DNA of 64,000 nt, taken from positions 363,568,001-363,632,000 of the forward strand of contig OZ024742.1 of assembly GCA_964016885.1 (NCBI GenBank). Reading direction: 5' to 3'. This document shows, one piece after another, positions 61,301-64,000 of the stretch. Source of the stretch: Eledone cirrhosa. Lineage: Eukaryota. The notes below the pieces were generated by a model. It saw nothing but the letters and a program-made list of their open reading frames with translations, was not told the DNA's origin and ran no database searches. The translations under genes were made by a program, and so were the position numbers. Positions within the stretch are counted from its first letter, which is position 1; the number at the start of each line of letters is the position of its first letter.

Positions 61301-64000
61301 AGCCTTAGTGTGTGGTGTGGGAGGGAGTGTGTGTATGTGGTTGAGAGCCGTAGTGTGTGGTGTGGGAGGGAGAGTGTGTATGTGGTTGAGAGCCGTAGTG
61401 TGTGGTGTGGGAGGGAGAGTGTGTATGTGGTTGAGAGCCTTAGTGTGTGGTGTGGGAGGGAGTGTATGTATGTGGTTGAGAGCCGTAGTGTGTGGTGTGG
61501 GAGGGAGAGTGTGTATGTGGTTGAGAGCCGTAGTGTGTGGTGTGGGAGGGAGTGTGTGTATGTGGTTGAGAGCCGTAGTGTGTGGTGTGGGAGGGAGAGT
61601 GTGTATGTGGTTGAGAGCCTTAGTGTGTGGTGTGGGAGGGAGTGTATGTATGTGGTTGAGAGCCGTAGTGTGTGGTGTGGGAGGGAGAGTGTGTATGTGG
61701 TTGAGAGCCGTAGTGTGTGGTGTGGGAGGGAGTGTGTGTATGTGGTTGAGAGCCGTAGTGTGTGGTGTGGGAGGGAGTGTGTGTATGTGGTTGAGAGCCT
61801 TAGTGTGTGGTGTGGGAGGGAGTGTGTGTATGTGGTTGAGAGCCGTAGTGTGTGGTGTGGGAGGGAGTGTGTGTATGTGGTTGAGAGCCGTAGTGTGTGG
61901 TGTGGGGGGAGTGTGTGTATGTGGTTGAGAGCCTTAGTGTGTGGTGTGGGAGGGAGTGTGTGTATGTGGTTGAGAGCCTTAGTGTGTGGTGTGGGAGGGA
62001 GTGTGTGTATGTGGTTGAGAGCCGTAGTGTGTGGTGTGGGGGGAGTGTGTGTATGTGGTTGAGAGCCGTAGTGTGTGTGTGGGAGGGAGTGTGTGTATGT
62101 GGTTGAGAGCCTTAGTGTGTGGTGTGGGAGGGAGTGTGTGTATGTGGTTGAGAGCCGTAGTGTGTGGTGTGGGAGGGAGTGTGTGTATGTGGTTGAGAGC
62201 CTTAGTGTGTGGTGTGGGAGGGAGTGTGTGTATGTGGTTGAGAGCCGTAGTGTGTGGTGTGGGAGGGAGTGTGTGTATGTGGTTGAGAGCCTTAGTGTGT
62301 GGTGTGGGGGGAGTGTGTGTATGTGGTTGAGAGCCGTAGTGTGTGGTGTGGGAGGGAGTGTGTGTATGTGGTTGAGAGCCTTAGTGTGTGGTGTGGGAGG
62401 GAGTGTGTGTATGTGGTTGAGAGCCGTAGTGTGTGGTGTGGGAGGGAGTGTGTGTATGTGGTTGAGAGCCGTAGTGTGGTGTGTGGGAGGGAGAGTGTGT
62501 ATGTGGTTGAGAGCCTTAGTGTGTGGTGTGGGAGGGAGTGTGTGTATGTGGTTGAGAGCCGTAGTGTGTGGTGTGGGAGGGAGTGTGTGTATGTGGTTGA
62601 GAGCCGTAGTGTGGTGTGTGGGAGGGAGAGTGTGTATGTGGTTGAGAGCCTTAGTGTGTGGTGTGGGAGGGAGTGTATGTATGTGGTTGAGAGCCGTAGT
62701 GTGTGGTGTGGGAGGGAGTGTGTGTATGTGGTTGAGAGCCGTAGTGTGTGGTGTGGGGGGAGTGTGTGTATGTGGTTGAGAGCCTTAGTGTGTGGTGTGG
62801 GAGAGAGTGTGTGTATGTGGTTGAGAGCCTTAGTGTGTGGTGTGGGAGGGAGTGTGTGTATGTGGTTGAGAGCCGTAGTGTGTGGTGTGGGAGGGAGTGT
62901 GTGTATGTGGTTGAGAGCCGTAGTGTGTGGTGTGGGAGGGAGTGTGTGTATGTGGTTGAGAGCCGTAGTGTGTGGTGTGGGGGGAGTGTGTGTATGTGGT
63001 TGAGAGCCTTAGTGTGTCGTGTGGGAGGGAGTGTGTGTATGTGGTTGAGAGCCTTAGTGTGTGGTGTGGGAGGGAGTGTGTGTATGTGGTTGAGAGCCGT
63101 AGTGTGTGGTGTGGGGGGAGTGTGTGTATGTGGTTGAGAGCCTTATTGTGTGGTGTGGGAGGGAGTGTGTGTATGTGGTTGAGAGCCGTAGTGTGAAGTG
63201 TGTGTTGGGGGGGGGGTGTATGTGGTTGAGAGCCTTAGTGTGTGGTGTGGGAGGGAGTGTGTGTATGTGGTTGAGAGCCGTAGTGTGTGTATGTGGTTGA
63301 GAGCCTTAGTGTGTGGTGTGGGAGGGAGTGTGTGTATGTGGTTGAGAGCCGTAGTGTGTGTATGTGGTTGAGAGCCTTAGTGTGTGGTGTGGGAGGGAGT
63401 GTGTGTATGTGGTTGAGAGCCGTAGTGTGAAGTGTGTGTTGGGGGGGGGTGTATGTGGTTGAGAGCCTTAGTGTGTGGTGTGGGAGGGAGTGTGTGTATG
63501 TGGTTGAGAGCCGTAGTGTGTGGTGTGGGAGGGAGTGTGTGTATGTGGTTGAGAGCCTTAGTGTGTGGTGTGGGAGGGAGTGTGTGTATGTGGTTGAGAG
63601 CCGTAGTGTGTGGTGTGGGGGGAGTGTGTGTATGTGGTTGAGAGCCTTATTGTGTGGTGTGGGAGGGAGTGTGTGTATGTGGTTGAGAGCCGTAGTGTGT
63701 GGTGTGGGAGGGAGTGTGTGTATGTGGTTGAGAGCCTTAGTGTGTGGTGTGGGAGGGAGTGTGTGTATGTGGTTGAGAGCCGTAGTGTGTGTATGTGGTT
63801 GAGAGCCTTAGTGTGTGGTGTGGGAGGGAGTGTGTGTATGTGGTTGAGAGCCGTAGTGTGAAGTGTGTGTGTGGGGGGGGGGGGTGTATGTGGTTGAGAG
63901 CCTTAGTGTGTGGTGTGGGAGGGAGTGTGTGTATGTGGTTGAGAGCCGTAGTGTGTGGTGTGGGAGGGAGTGTGTGTATGTGGTTGAGAGCCTTAGTGTG
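31376..64000. repeat. 45-bp G/T-rich satellite array (>32 kb, roughly 700 units), runs off window end
   Basis: Consensus gagtgtgtgtatgtggttgagagcc[G/T]tagtgtgtggtgtgggagg; 44-bp variants are frequent. Confidence 0.98.
40177..40376. other. Assembly gap (200 N)
   Basis: Run of N; the flanking satellite units are error-rich. Confidence 0.99.

Noticed and set aside
31436-63861. Many long ORFs (up to 1042 aa; CGRECVYVVES..., GGSVCMWLRA...)
   Set aside because: They are translations of a 45-bp satellite, with frequent 44-bp units that shift frame and no sign of coding constraint.

Overview
Repeat-dominated eukaryotic DNA, most consistent with a cephalopod (octopus-like) genome; this is inferred from the SINE and RTE motifs and the very dense microsatellites. 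I found no confidently identifiable host gene, and almost all entries in the ORF track are microsatellite or satellite translation artefacts. Bases 1-31.3 kb are a mosaic of (AT)n/(AC)n/(GTT)n microsatellites, tRNA-derived SINEs, an RTE-type 5' fragment and a 60-bp minisatellite. They also hold a dense set of Penelope-like element (PLE) insertions sitting in (AT)n tracts. Two of these keep 5'-truncated GIY-YIG endonuclease ORFs; the rest are short non-coding hairpin or tandem insertions. At least six sequence-unrelated families carry type I hammerhead ribozymes (HHRs) or HHR remnants. The unusual variants are a ~100-nt stem II, U3-A8 cores and U-U stem II closure, and two tandem retrozyme-like units have 591-nt and 515-nt monomers. 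Six families also appear to share a 3'-terminal motif in which (AT)TGAG can pair with a CTCA-like sequence in the loop of a terminal hairpin. This is a candidate pseudoknot or kissing-loop mobilisation signal. Bases 31.4-64 kb are one G/T-rich 45-bp satellite with local higher-order repeats and a 200-N gap. All structures were folded by eye; none were computed or tested.
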